DNA from: Leucoraja erinacea
Taxonomy: Eukaryota
DNA length: 64,000 nucleotides
NCBI RefSeq assembly: GCF_028641065.1
Contig: NC_073377.1
Location: forward strand, 158,038,001-158,102,000
Direction of reading: 5' to 3'
Below, one piece after another: positions 23,641-36,027 of the stretch (the stretch's first letter is position 1; every line of letters begins with the position of its first letter). The notes beneath the pieces were generated by a model. That model worked only from the letters and a program-made list of their open reading frames with translations. It was not told the origin of the DNA and did not search any database. The translations under genes were made by a program, and so were the position numbers.

Positions 23641-24483
23641 AGAGCATTTTAGTTCGTTCAAGTTCCCATTATTGCCACATGCACCAATTAGGGTACGGTG
23701 GAATTTGATTTACCATGCAGCCATACAATCAAAAAGAGCACACTACACAATAGAATACAACATGAACATCCACCATAGTGGAATCAACATTCTTCACTGT
23801 GGTGGAAGGCAATAACGTCCAGTCAGTCCTCCTCCTTTGTTCAACCGTGGTCAGGGCCATGAACCCGCAGTCGCCGCTACGAATGGCCCGATGTACAAGC
23901 CCTCTCGTCGGGATGATCAAAACCCGTCGTCGGGACGGACGAACGGCTTGGAGGTCCCGAATCGGTCGCTTCCTACCGGAGACCGCGGCTTCACGATGTT
24001 ATAGGTCGCAGGCTGGCGGTCGGAGCTCTTCTCCGGCGATCCCCAGCAAGGTATCCCAGACTCCACAGTGGAAAGGCCACGCTGCGCCCGTGGCTAGAGG
24101 TTCCGCAGACCGTGGCTTCAGGATGTTGTAGTCCGCGGGCCAGCGATCGGAGCACTTCTTCTGGCGACCCCCGGTGTGGGATTGCCCGGCTCCGCGATGG
24201 AAAATCCGCGCTGCGCCCGCTGCTGAAGCTCCGGGCCCGACTACGGGTGAGGCCACACTAATCCATGCTGTTAGGCCACGAGGGAGGGCGAAAATGCGAC
24301 TAGGAGAAAAGTCGCATTCCACCGAGGTAAGTGATTGAAAAACAGTTTCCCCCTTCCCCGCCCCCACACTAAAACACTTTTAGACATACTAAAAACAAAA
24401 AAAAAACTCGAAATGGCGAACAGCTGCTAGCGAGGCTGCCGACTTGTGGCGCAACCCGTCGGGAAATAAACGGGTGGCGCCGC
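23641..24483 (-). mobile_element. GC-rich non-coding interspersed repeat (probable non-autonomous retroelement)
   Basis: Interrupts CR1 between WIQ and RQRVVV. Shares blocks with 46030-46405 and 25035-25255, and architecture with 47300-48042. Confidence 0.55.
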
Positions 24484-25837
24484 GACAGAGAGTAGTGGTA
24501 AACGGGTTGCATTCTGGCTGGATATCTGTAACCAATGAAGTTCTACATGGATCAATGGTGGGAACGTTGTTGAACTTGTTTGTGACATATATAAATGTCT
24601 CGGACAAAAAGCAGATAGATTGCTTGCTAAATTTGCAGATGACACAAAAAACGGTGATGTTGTGGACAGCGAAGAAGGATGTCAAAGGTCACAGCAAGAT
24701 ATAAATCTGTGAGGTGTATAACTGTGAGATGTTGCACTTTGGGAGGTCAAATGTAAGGGGAAAGTACACAGCTGTTGGCAGGACTCTTGACAGCAATGAT
24801 GTACCTAAGGAACTTGGGTCCAAGTCTATAGCTCCCTGAAAGTGTGAATACAAGTAGATAGATAGGGTGATAAAGAAGGCATATAGTGTGCTTTCCTTCT
24901 TCAGTTGGGCATTAAGTCTAAGAGTCAGGAAGTCATGTTACACCTTTGCTTTAGCCACATTTGGAATATGAATTGCAGTTCTGGTTTCCCTATTACAGGA
25001 AGGATGTGAAGGGCCAGTGTGGGCTCTGACTTTGACTCTGGCATCGGGGGGAGAGGGAAGTGCAGGGGAGAGATAAGTTTTTTTGCCTTCCATCACAGCG
25101 AGGTGGAGATGCGCTGTGATGGATGTCTGTGTAAATTGTGTTGTGTCTTGGGTCTTTTTTTTCTTGTATGTATGACTGCAGAAACAACATTTCACTTGAG
25201 CCTCTATGAGGTTCAAGTGACAAATAAATTGTATTGTGTATTGCATTGTATTGTGGAGACTCAGGAGAGGATGTGGAAGAGGTGTACTGGGATGATGTCT
25301 GGATTAGAGGGTATTAATTATAAATTAATTGGATGAACTTGGATTGTTCTCTCTGGAATGCTGGTGGCTGAGGGGAGACCTGATCAATGTTTATTAAATT
25401 ACTAGACTAAGTGGGACCCGTTGGCTGGTCCCCCAACGCAATATTCCACACCTCTCCACCAATTCCACCCCAATATTGCTGGCCAGTGGGGGGGGGGGGG
25501 GGGGGGGGGGGTGGGTGGGGGGGGGGGGTCCCTGTGCCGGGTCTACCTTTCTGGCCCTCAGAGTGCTAGTATCAAGGGTGTTGTGGGCCGAAGGACTCAC
25601 CGGTTTCCAGAGGGCCAGTGTGGACATTGTGGGCTGAATGGATTCTTGGGCTGGCAGCTCAGTCACTCAGGCCTGGTGGGCTGGAAGTTCAGTCACTGCC
25701 AGGCCTGGTGGGCTGCCAGCTCAGAAACTGCCAGAAGTTCTGGCTAAAACAGGTGAGAGACTGTGAGAGAGAGGGTGGAGAATCAATTTTAGACATTTTC
25801 ATCTTTTTCTGCAAATCACAGCAAGGAAGGAGGAAAG

Positions 25838-26280
25838 GTTACACAAAAAAGCGGGAGAAACTCAGCGGGTGCAGTAGCATCTATGGAGCGAAGGAAATAG
25901 GCAACGTTTCGGGCCGAAACCCTTCTTCAGACTGATTGGGGGCGGGGGTGGACGGGGACAAGAAAGGAAAAAGGAGGAGGAGCCCGAAGGCTGGGGGATG
26001 GGAGGAGACAGCAGGGGGACTGAGGAAGGGGAGGAGACAGCAAGGACTAACAAAATTGGGAGAATTCGATGTTCATGCCCCCAGGATGCAGACTCCCCAA
26101 TCGGAATACGAGGTGCTGTTCCTCCAATTTCCAGTGCTGCTCGCTGTGGCCATGGAGGAGACCCAGGACAGAGAGGTCGGAGACGGAGTGGGAGGGGGAG
26201 TTGAAGTGCTGAGCCACCGGGAGGTCAGCTTGGTTATTGCGGACCGAGCGGAGGTGTTCGGCGAAACGATCGCCCAACCA
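25838..26280 (-). mobile_element. 5'-truncated Penelope-like element (GIY-YIG C-terminus + 3' tail) nested in Helitron
   Basis: ORF 26047-26277 DRFAEHLRSVRNNQADLPVAQHFN matches the end of 33570-34901. 15-bp TSD aaggaaggaggaaag (25823-25837, 26281-26295), present once at the empty site in Helitron copy 1. Confidence 0.9.
25900..25935 (-). ncRNA. Minimal hammerhead ribozyme motif
   Basis: AGU-CUGAAGA-A-GGGU(UUCG)GCCC-GAAA-CG-UU-GCC: CUGANGA/GAAA boxes, stem II and a palindromic stem III seed. Confidence 0.6.
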
Positions 26281-26599
26281 AAGGAAGGAGGAAAGTTTAG
26301 CCTGGCCTGGATCTCACAGGGAGCAAGTGAAGGGAGGGAGAAAAATACTGGGGTGAGGTTTAATACTTGCAGGGGGAATACTTACAGATGGGCCGAAGGA
26401 ACTCCTGGGCTAGTACAGGCCTGATGGGCTGAAGGGGCTCTTTAAAAAAAGAAATCAGAGTTAAATCTCAGTGAAAGGCACTTTTTCTGGCCTTTTCCGG
26501 GCCTGGCACGGGCCTTTTGGGCCAAAATGCTCCTCCTGGGCTAATACGGGCATTTTGGGCAAAAGGGACAGGTTTCTCGGCTAATAGTGGTTTCACGCA

Positions 26600-27030
26600 G
26601 GCCAAACAACTCATTTCATTTCATTTCCAATTGCATTGCAGTTTCAAGCAAAGGGCAGGCCAAATAGCTCATTGCATTTTCATTTCACTTCCATTGCCAT
26701 TTCAATTTCAAGCACAGGGCAGGGCAGGCCAAGCCAAACAGCTGATTGCATTTTCACTTAATTTCCATTGCCATTGCACTTTTAAGCACCGGGCAGTCTC
26801 AAGCCAAACAGCTGATGGCAATTTACTTCATTTCCATTGACATTGCACTTTCAAGCACAGGGCAGGCCCAAGCCAAACAGCTAATTGCATGTTCTTTACA
26901 TTTCCATTGCCATTGCACTTTCAAGCACAGGGCAGGCTCAAGCCAAACAGCTCAATGCATTTTCACTTCATTTCCATTGCCATTGCAGTCTCAAGCACAG
27001 GGCAGGCTAAACAACTCATTTCATTTTCAT
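26600..27030. repeat. ~65-70-bp minisatellite, ~6 units, inside Helitron copy 2
   Basis: Unit approx. ttccattgccattgcactttcaagcacagggcaggcccaagccaaacagctgattgcattttcacttca. Confidence 0.9.
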
Positions 27031-28681
27031 TAAGGGCTAACAAATTATTTATTCAAGTACATTGCATACTCACAGTGTTTTGTAGTTGCCCAGCTCAGAC
27101 AGAGAGTCATGACCTCTCCTTCGCCATCTTGCATACTGACTGAGCCACGCCCACACATCCGGGTTTTATAGTCCCTCCCCCTCCCACCATAAGGGGCGTG
27201 GTCTTCATGGCAGTGATTGACAGGAGAGAATCTCAAGATTTTTAAATTTTATTTTATTTTTATTGTCTTTTATTTTTCATCGATGGGAAAAATCCTTGGG
27301 GCCTGCGCAGCAGAGGAATACTCTGAGTAAGAAGGCCAAAAAATCACAGCCTTATGTAGTAGCATTTTTTCTAAAATCAAAGCACAGTGCAAACAGGAAG
27401 TGGTCAGGGTGAGATTATATAGATGAGAGTAAATTTATTATTAAAATTATTAGGTAGGAAAGATAGTCATAATTTTTTCCCTCAGAATGGAAATGGCAAA
27501 TAATAGAGGGCATAGCATTAAGATGAGAGGGGGAAAGTTTAAAGGGTATGTGTGAGGTAAGTTTTCTATACACAGAGTGTGAGTGGTGTCTGGAACATGC
27601 TGCCAGGTATGGTGATGGAAGCAGATACTGTAGGGAATGGCTGGATATGGATCATGCACAGGCAGAAGGGATTAGTTTAGTTTTGCTTTATGTTCAACAC
27701 AGATATCGTGGGCCATAAGGCTTGTTCCTGTGCTGTTCTATGTTAACAATGTTCATATTATCTTTTGAAAGCTGAATAAATAATGCTGATGAATCTTGCA
27801 AATACAAGTCCAAAGCCACAGCTCTAAACAAAAAGAAACAAGTCCAAGGATAAACTGAGAAAGGGAGTCTTTAAGTAAAAATTAAGTAATTGGTCATAAA
27901 AGTAATTTTTATGTTTCATGTTACAGTAAATTTAATGTTACATGTAAATACGTTATTTTTAACGTATTAACTCTAATGTATTTATAAACTCTAATCTGGG
28001 GGACAATGTTGGAGAATAAGCAGAATAATGTAATGTGAAGATTGTGACAGGACACAAAATACTCCCAATATTCAATATCAATTATTTTGTCTTATTCACT
28101 GTGACAAGTTTAAAAGGAACAACTCAATGCAGCATCACCTATAGGAGTAAGAGATACTGCAGGTACTTGTAATGAGATATACGCAACACGTGACTCACAT
28201 TTTAAAATTACATTCATCAGATATAAACATGCAAAGCCCCAGGTTCTTCTTACCTCATTTAAGATTTTTTGTGTGTTTTGTTGAAAAGAAATTCAACTGT
28301 GCAAAGCTAAATAAGCCACCATGTCATTGGACAGATTTTGTTTTCTGATGTGGGAAAATTGCTTTAATAGTTTTTGTTGGGCTTATCAAAGTGGTATTGT
28401 TTTAATGTTGGAGGATTGCTATCTCCCTCTAAATCTTTCCTATTCATGTATTCAATTTCCTAAATTAATTTTAAATATTGTTTTTGCACCTGCCTCAACC
28501 ACTTCCTCCAGCAGCACATTTTATATATGTACCATCCTCTATGAAAAGATTGCTCCTCAGGTTAATCTTTCGCCTCTCGCCTTAAATCTATGCCCTCTAG
28601 TTCTTGTTTATTGATTCCCCAGTTCTTGATTCTCCAACATTGGGAAAATGTTTGAGTGTATTCACTCAACATTATAAAAAT

Positions 28682-29363
28682 CAAGCACGGAAATCGCTAT
28701 CAAAACATGGAGGGGACAGGGGGGGATACAATTTCTTGGCGGCCGCGCGCGCATGTGCACACTCACACACACACGCGAGGCTTCGGAGGCTCAATCCAGC
28801 GCTAAATGCAGCTCAACTCTGCATATCTCGCCGGGTAAACCTATAGCCCTGCCTGGACTGGTGGGACACCAGCGCTGCTTCTCCGCGTTGGCTGTAAACC
28901 TGGGCCAAATTTCCCGTAAGTCCAGGCAGGGCTGTAGGTTAACGTGGCGGGACAGGCAGAGTTGAGCAGGATTTAACACTGCTTCTCTGCGCTGGCTGTG
29001 GGCCTGGGGGCACAGCTCCCGTCTGACTCCTGACGTCTCTGGCCACCTCCGGGCGTGGGGTGGGGGGGGGGGGGGGGGGGGGGGGAGGCACTCGGGTGGG
29101 GACGGGACAGTGCCAGAGAGCCGGGATCGATCCTGGCTGCGGATGAGGTGCAGGTCTGTGCCGCCCCCATTGCCTGCTGACCGACGCCCCTCTTGTCCAA
29201 TCGGCGCCCTCGATCACCAATCCCACCCCCACTGTCTCGCAGAAGGCGGCAATTTCACCGGGTTTTAAAATCCGGATTACAAAAAACTGTCCCCCCACCT
29301 CTCAAAACAGGGAGGACGTGTCCCACCTGTCACCCTCCACCCCCCCCCGGGATTTCCGCCCTG
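28682..29363. mobile_element. Non-autonomous hAT-type element
   Basis: Imperfect TIRs caagcacggaaatc / gatttccgccctg. Perfect 8-bp TSD ataaaaat (28674-28681, 29364-29371). Confidence 0.75.
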
Positions 29364-29562
29364 ATAAAAATGAACAAAATCAATAATGAAAATGTTGCTC
29401 AATACCACTTCAATAGCAGTTTCAATTAGGCCTCAAAATGAATTATTAATACTTTCACCCTAAACAGGGAGAAGCCTTATTTCAATATTCAAATCACAGT
29501 CCTAGACCCATTGTAAGACTCCAGTTCAATTTCTGTGGGTCATCCTTTCCCTGTTATACTGA

Positions 29563-29888
29563 AATGTTCCCGATGTTGGGGGAGTCCAGAACCAGGGGTC
29601 ACAGTTTAAGAATAGGAGTAGGCCATTTAGGACTGAGACGAGGAGAAATGTTTTCACACAGAGAGTTGTAAATCTGTGGAATTCTCAGCCACAGAAGGCA
29701 GCGGAGGCCAATTCGCTGGAAGCTTTCAAGAGAGAGTTGGATATAGCTCTTAGGGCTAACGGAATCAAGGAAGGGAAATAGCAGGAATGGGGTACTGATT
29801 CTGGATGATCAGCCATGATCATATTGAATAGCGGTTCAAGTGGTTCGAAGTGCGAATGGACTACTCCTGCACCTATTGTCTATGTTTC
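29563..29888 (+). mobile_element. HER1/CR1 3' fragment
   Basis: atgttcccgatgttgggggagtccagaaccagggg...cctgcacctattgtctatgtttc. Confidence 0.82.
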
Positions 29889-30444
29889 AAAGGGCCTTCC
29901 AGAAATTTTCAAACAGGTTTAAAAATATATAGACAGTCCATGTTTTACCCCAAAAGAACATTACAGACATTCATGTCCCATGTATGAATCACCATTAATT
30001 TCAATCTCCAACCCTGATCTTGCCACCTATCTGTATTGGCAGACACCTTAGTGTAGACACTGTGTCGCCTTCATGCCCAAGTTGGTTTTGCATATAGCCT
30101 GTCACCGCTGGCAACTCGCTCGCAGCCACCATGAGAAGGTCCAGCCACAAGAGGTCAATAACAACTCCAAGGTCAGACACACTAATTGGCCTTATTTGCA
30201 CATGGGTTATGATTGGTGAGAATGTAAGTAAAAGGGACTTTTGGAATAAGCGTGACAAAGAGGTATCTGGCTCAGCTAAGTGTCGTTTGTTCTTTGCTTT
30301 CTGTCATGGGATTCAATACCACAACACTAATTGCCTGCCCACCCAGATAGAAAACCACAACTTATGGCTCCATACCAGCATTCTAATGACCAAGCACTAA
30401 TTGCTTTGTGTGTCTCACTGTTACCAATGGACAGGAAGCAAAAT

Positions 30445-31752
30445 TACATAATTCTCCAACATTTCCACCACCTTCAACATGATCCCCCCCCACCAGTCAC
30501 ATCTCTCCATTGACGCATTCCGACATTTCTGCCACCTTCAATGATATCCCACCACCAGTCCCATCTTCACGTCCAACACATCATTCTCCACCATTTCCGC
30601 CCCATTGAACATAACCCCACCAGCAGCCACATCTTTGGATCCCCACAACTTTCTGCTTTCCAAGAGAGACCACTCTCTCTCTGCAACTCCTTGGTTCACA
30701 CATCACTTCCCATCCAAACCACCTGCTCCCCAGGTACATTCCCGATGTTAGGGAAGTCCAGTAACAAGGGGTACAGCCTAAGGATAAAGGGGAAATCCTT
30801 TAAAACCGAGATGAGAAGAACTTTTTCACACAGAGAGTGGTGAATCTCTGGAACTCTCTGCCACAGAGGGTAGTTGAGGCCAGTTCATTACCTATATTTA
30901 AGAGGGAGTTAGATTGGGCCCTTGTGGATGTGGGATCTAGGGGCATGGAGAGAAGGCAGGTAGATGAGGGATGATCAGCCATGATCAAATGAATGGCGGT
31001 TCAGGCCGACTCAAGGCGAATGGACTCCTGCACCTAATTTCTATGTTTCTATGTTTCTAAGTTACATTCCCCTGCAATCGTAAAAGGTGTATCACCTGTC
31101 CCTCTACCTCCTCCCTCATCTTCATGCAGGAATCCAAACAGCCCCTCCAGGTGCAACAGAGGTTCACATTTACCTCTTCAAACCTCATCTACTGCATTGG
31201 GTGCTCCTGATGTGGCCTCTATTGCACGGGCAAATTCAGGCGTAGATTAGGTAACCATTTTGCCAAACACTTGCATTCTGTCCACTCAAGGCTGACTGGA
31301 TCTCCTGTTTGCTAACAATTTTAAGTCCCCTTCCCTTCCCTTCCCATACCAACCTTTCTGTCTTTAGCCTCCTCCATTGCCCAAGTTAGCCCACACACAA
31401 ACTGGTGGAACAGCACATTATATTACACTTGGGTGGTTTACAAGCCTACAGTGTAAACATTGAATTCCCCCATTTTATGTAATACCCCCAGCCCCCCTTT
31501 CTTTCCTGTGCCTCCCACCCCAGTGTGCTATCAACCCCCCCTCACCTGTATCCACCTATCACTTACCAAGCTTTGTCCCACTCCTACTGTGCTTTTCCAG
31601 TTTTCTCCCCCTGACTACAATCAGTCGCAAAAAGGATCTCAACACGAAATATCGCCTATCCATTCTGTCCACAGATGCCGCTTGACCCATTGAGTTACTC
31701 CAGCATTTCTAGAGTTTTGCTCAAAATTCCAACATCTGCAGTTCCTTGTGTC
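30445..31752 (+). mobile_element. Old Penelope-like fragment (linker/GIY-YIG region + tail) with nested HER1
   Basis: Similar to 34370-35136 (caggtgcaacagaggttcac...aacctcatctactgcatt). Triplicated ~70-bp block at 30450-30640. Confidence 0.75.
30744..31062 (+). mobile_element. HER1/CR1 3' fragment
   Basis: HER1 tail with (tttctatg) repeats. TSD-like tacattccc at 30735-30743 and 31063-31071. Confidence 0.82.
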
Positions 31753-33569
31753 AGCAACATTACAATGTCCACTGCTCTTGCATTTACTAAAATAAACCAT
31801 ATTCTTACCCCTTTTCTGGTATTAAAGGCTTTCAGGCAAATTAGACCAAGACTGTTACAAAGCGAGGTTAATGCTTCTAAAAAGAGCCTGAAACACAGAC
31901 AAGCATTTTCTCCTGAGCAATTCTTTTTTTTTTTGCCATCATATGTCCAACACAACCATTTTTTTGCCAATAATTTAAATGGTAGGTGTTTAAAAACATG
32001 ACCCGCCCAATCTTGTAGCATTCGTTATGCCCGGAATATGTATGATGTACTCTATCCCAGACACAGGAAAAACTCACTTAGTACTGTTTCCTTTTTTCAG
32101 TAATTACTTCATGGCTATCAAGATATAAAGTAAGATGTGGCATGAAAATAACATTGTCATGATTTTGCCAGCATGAACATCAACAATAATTCTTCAACAA
32201 TTTACTGATCCACTCAACAGTTAAATGGCACAGCATCCCTATTTCTGAGTTAATGTAACTATTACCAAACTCAGATGGCAATATAATTACACACAACACA
32301 ATGGCAATCAAAATTTCCACAGAGCTCCCATTTAAAATGTTTTCCTGTGGAGAGTTTGAAATCTTTCCACATTTTTCCTGTAAACTTGTTACCATTTCCC
32401 TTCATTTTCCAAACGGTGCATAATCAGATGCCTTAACATTAAACAAATATGTATTCAAAAAATCATTCTTTTGCATTGTATATGATTATGATCACCTAGC
32501 TTTAAATAATATTATAGAAAGAATCACATCATTAACATTACAATTTTATAACTGAACAAGAACTTATCGTTACAGAACTAAATAATGTACAGGTGACTTA
32601 CATCACCAGATCATTCTAAACACTTGAAAGAATGTAGTCATTGTCACAAGACATGTATAATTTGATGACTTTTGAGAATTTATAGTTAAGCACTTTCTTC
32701 AATTGTAGTGAACACCTCATTCAATAATGTATTCTGTATCTGCTCTTGAGCAAACTCTGCTTTTTACATTGGTTTTATTCATTTATCTGGAAGCATATAC
32801 CACATACTTTGTCCCCCTTTGTCCCCCTCCGTCCCCACCTCAATGAGTTCCGCGCCCATCACGAGCTCTTCTACCGTCGCCTCCGCCTCACAGCTTTTTC
32901 CATGGGAAGGAGTCCTCGCCCCCCCATTGATGACCCCTTTTCCCGTCTCCAACGCACCCCCTCCTCGTGGAACCCCCCTCGTGGTCCTCCGGCTTTAGAA
33001 CTCTTTATTCAAAACTGCCGTCGCGACATCAACCGCCTCAACTTCTCCACTCCCCTGTCTCACTCCAATCTCTCCCCCCCCCCCGAACGTACTGCCATCG
33101 ACTCACTCCGCAACAACCCAGATTGGGTTATCAAACCAGCCGACAAGAGAGATGCCGTGGTAGTCTGGCGTGCCGATCTCTACAAAGCTGAGGCCACGCG
33201 CCAACTCTCGGCACCTCCTCCTACCTACCCCTGGACCATGACCCCACTGACGAGCACCAGGCCACTATCTCCAGCACTATTACCGACTTCATCAACTCCC
33301 ACACCCTGCCCAACCGAGCCTCCAACCTCAAAGTTCCCCAGCACCGCAGGGCCAGATTTTACCTTCTCCCCAAAATCCACAAACCTGACTGTCCAGGTAG
33401 ACCCATTGTCTCTGCCTGTTCGTGCCCCACCAAACTCATTTCCGCATACCTTGACTCCATCCTATCCCCTTTAGTTAAATCCCTCCCTACCTATGTTCAA
33501 GACACCTCAGACACTCTCCGTCATCTCCGCGCATTCCATTCTCTAGGCCCTCACCCCCTCATCTTCACC

Positions 33570-34901
33570 ATGGACGTCCAGTCACTCTACACCTCCATCC
33601 CCCACCAGGATGGTCTCAAAGCCCTCTGGTTCTTCCTCGACCAGAGAAGCAACCTATACCCAGCCACTGACACTCTCCTTCGCCTAGCGGAGCTGGTCCT
33701 TACCCTCAATAACTTCTCGTTTGACTCTTCCCATTTCCTCCAAATACAAGGCGTAGCTATGGGCACACGCATGGGCCCCAGCTACGCCTGCCTCTTTGTC
33801 GGGTACGTCGAACAATCCTTGTTCAATACGTACCAGGGCCCCATCCCCGACCTCTACCTCCGCTACATCGACGACTGCTTTGGTACCACCTCCTGCACCC
33901 GCACACAACTGACTGACTTCATCCACTTCACCACTAACTTTCATCTGGCACTCAAATACACCTGGACCATTTCCGACACTTCCCTACCATTCCTTGACCT
34001 CACTATCTCCATTGCAGGTGATAGACTTCTGACCGACATCCACTATAAACCAACTGACGCCCATGGCTATCTGGACTACACTTCTTCCCACCCTGCTTCC
34101 TGTAAGGACTCCATCCCCTACTCCCAATTCCTCCGTCTACGCCGCATCTGCTCCACGGATGAGGCGTTCCACACCAGGGCATCTGAAATGTTCTCATTCT
34201 TCAGGGAACGGGGATTCCCCTCCTCCACCATAGATGAGGCTCGCACCAGGATCTCTTCCTTACCCCGCAACACTGCTCTCTCTCCCCATCCCCCCACTCG
34301 CAACAAGGGCAGAGTCCACCTAGTCCTCACCTTTTGCCCCACCAGCCGTCACATACAAAAAGTAATCCTCCGTCAGTTTCGCCACCTCCAACGTGACCCC
34401 ACCACTCGCCACATCTTCCCATCTCCCCCCATGTCTGCCTTCCGCAAAGACCGCTCCCTCCATAACTCCCTTGTCAATTCTTCCCTTCCCTCCCGCACCA
34501 CCCCCTCATCGGGCACTTCCCATTGCAACCGCAAGAGATGCAACACTTGTCCCTTTACCTCCCCCCTCAACTCCATTCAAGGACCCAAGCAGTCATTCCA
34601 GGTGCAACAGAGGTTCACCTGCATCTCCTCCAACCTCATCTATTGCATCCGCTGCTGTAAATGTCAGCAGATCTACATCGGTGAGACTAAGCGGAGGCTG
34701 GGCAATCGTTTCGCCGAACACCTCCGCTCGGTCCGCAATAACCAACCTGACCTCCCGGTGGCTCAGCACTTCAACTCCCCCTCCCACTCCGTATCCGACC
34801 TCTCTGTCCTGGGTCTCCTCCATGGCCACAGCGAGCAGCACCGGAAATTGGAGGAACAGCACCTCATATTCCGCTTGGAGGTCTGCTTCCTGGGGGCATG
34901 A
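33570..34901 (+). pseudogene. PLE reverse transcriptase + Cys-rich linker + GIY-YIG endonuclease (open 443-aa segment)
   Basis: MDVQSLYTSIP, GVAMGTRMGPSYA, YIDD, FLDL, CNRKRCNTC linker, NLIYCIRC..IYIGETKRRLGNRFAEH. Confidence 0.9.
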
Positions 34902-35040
34902 ACATTGAATTCTCCCAATTTTGTTAGTCCTTGCTGTCTCCTCCCCTTCCTCAGCCCTCGAGCTGTCTCCTCCCATCCCCCAGCCCTCGGGCTCCTCCTC
35001 CTTCTTTTTCCTTTCTTCTCCCCGCCCCCCACCCCCCATC

Positions 35041-35074
35041 AGTCTGAAGAAGGGTTTCAGCCTGAAACGTTGCC
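35041..35074 (+). ncRNA. Minimal hammerhead ribozyme motif in PLE 3' terminal repeat
   Basis: AGU-CUGAAGA-A-GGGU(UUCA)GCCU-GAAA-CG-UU-GCC. Confidence 0.55.
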
Positions 35075-36027
35075 TATTTCCTTAGCTCCATAGATGCTGC
35101 TGCACCCGTTGAGTTTCTCCAGCATTTTTGTGTACCTACCACATTAGTAATATCAAGTGGTGGAAATAACAACTCTAAATTTATAAATCGGGTTAAGATT
35201 AAATTTCACAAGCAATGAAGAATGTTCATTCCATAATCTCATATTCTGTTATAGAGCTATTAAATCAATTGTTAATTGTTCTATAATATCAAACATGCTT
35301 TCAGTCAACAACAAAGAAATTTAGTTCTGGAAACAATCCTCTAGTTTGGATGTAAGCCATCGAGCAGGCATTTCATCAACAACGATTTTAAGAAGTTAAC
35401 TTTGGAAATTCTTGGTAAGATGTAAAATTATTATTTAATCGAGGATATAAAATGGAAAACTTTCCATTTTTCAGCTACCTTCACCTAGCAAGCATACGCT
35501 TTGTATTATGTTCTTTTCATGCAGCGGCAAGTTCTGACTTTCATCAAACCCACAGATGTGCTTCGCAAACAAAAACTGCAAAAAGCAGAAAGAAAGAGAG
35601 AGAGAGAGAGAGAGCGCGAGAACACGAACAAAACATTGTAAAAGCTGTGAAGTCAATTCAAACAAAGAAAGACTTTATTAACTTGGAATTGCAAGGCTGT
35701 ATGATATATACAACAAGTCTGGCCAATGTTGTGGATGGATGACCTACAGCATGACTGGCTAGTTCTGATACAAGGAAAGTGAATTACCTGAAGGTGTTGA
35801 TTTCAATGTTGAATCCAGGAAACTGGAACATATCCAAATGGACGATAAACTTGGGTGAGATTTTTTTGTGTAGAGTTAAACATACAAAAATATGCAGAGT
35901 TAAATAACAACCAAATAAGTTCTTGGGTACAAATTAGGACCTAACAGAATCATAAAATTCAGAAAATCTTCTAACCTTGGAACAATTCAAATGTTTGTAA
36001 TTATTGATTTTCTTTTAATGGACTCTT

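Larger units (their letters stand above)
25402..27423 (-). mobile_element. Non-autonomous Helitron, copy 2 (with nested PLE fragment)
   Basis: Minus-strand TC start at 27423 (tctatataat). 3' gggacc...ggtcccacttagtCTAG ending at 25402. A|T insertion site. Colinear with 2130-3479. Confidence 0.87.
23430..27745 (+). mobile_element. Old CR1 RT copy fragmented by nested insertions (pieces ~23430-23640, 24484-25401, 27424-27745)
   Basis: DGVYMDLSKVFGKVPH...WIQ | RQRVVVNG...| GDLINVY..IMR continue across the inserts. Confidence 0.7.
32806..35136 (+). mobile_element. 5'-truncated Penelope-like retroelement (Neptune-type)
   Basis: RT N-terminal motifs (IKPADK..AVVVW) frameshifted into ORF 33570-34901. 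Pyrimidine-rich 3' UTR and terminal repeat. Possible 8-bp TSD taccacat. Confidence 0.9.
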
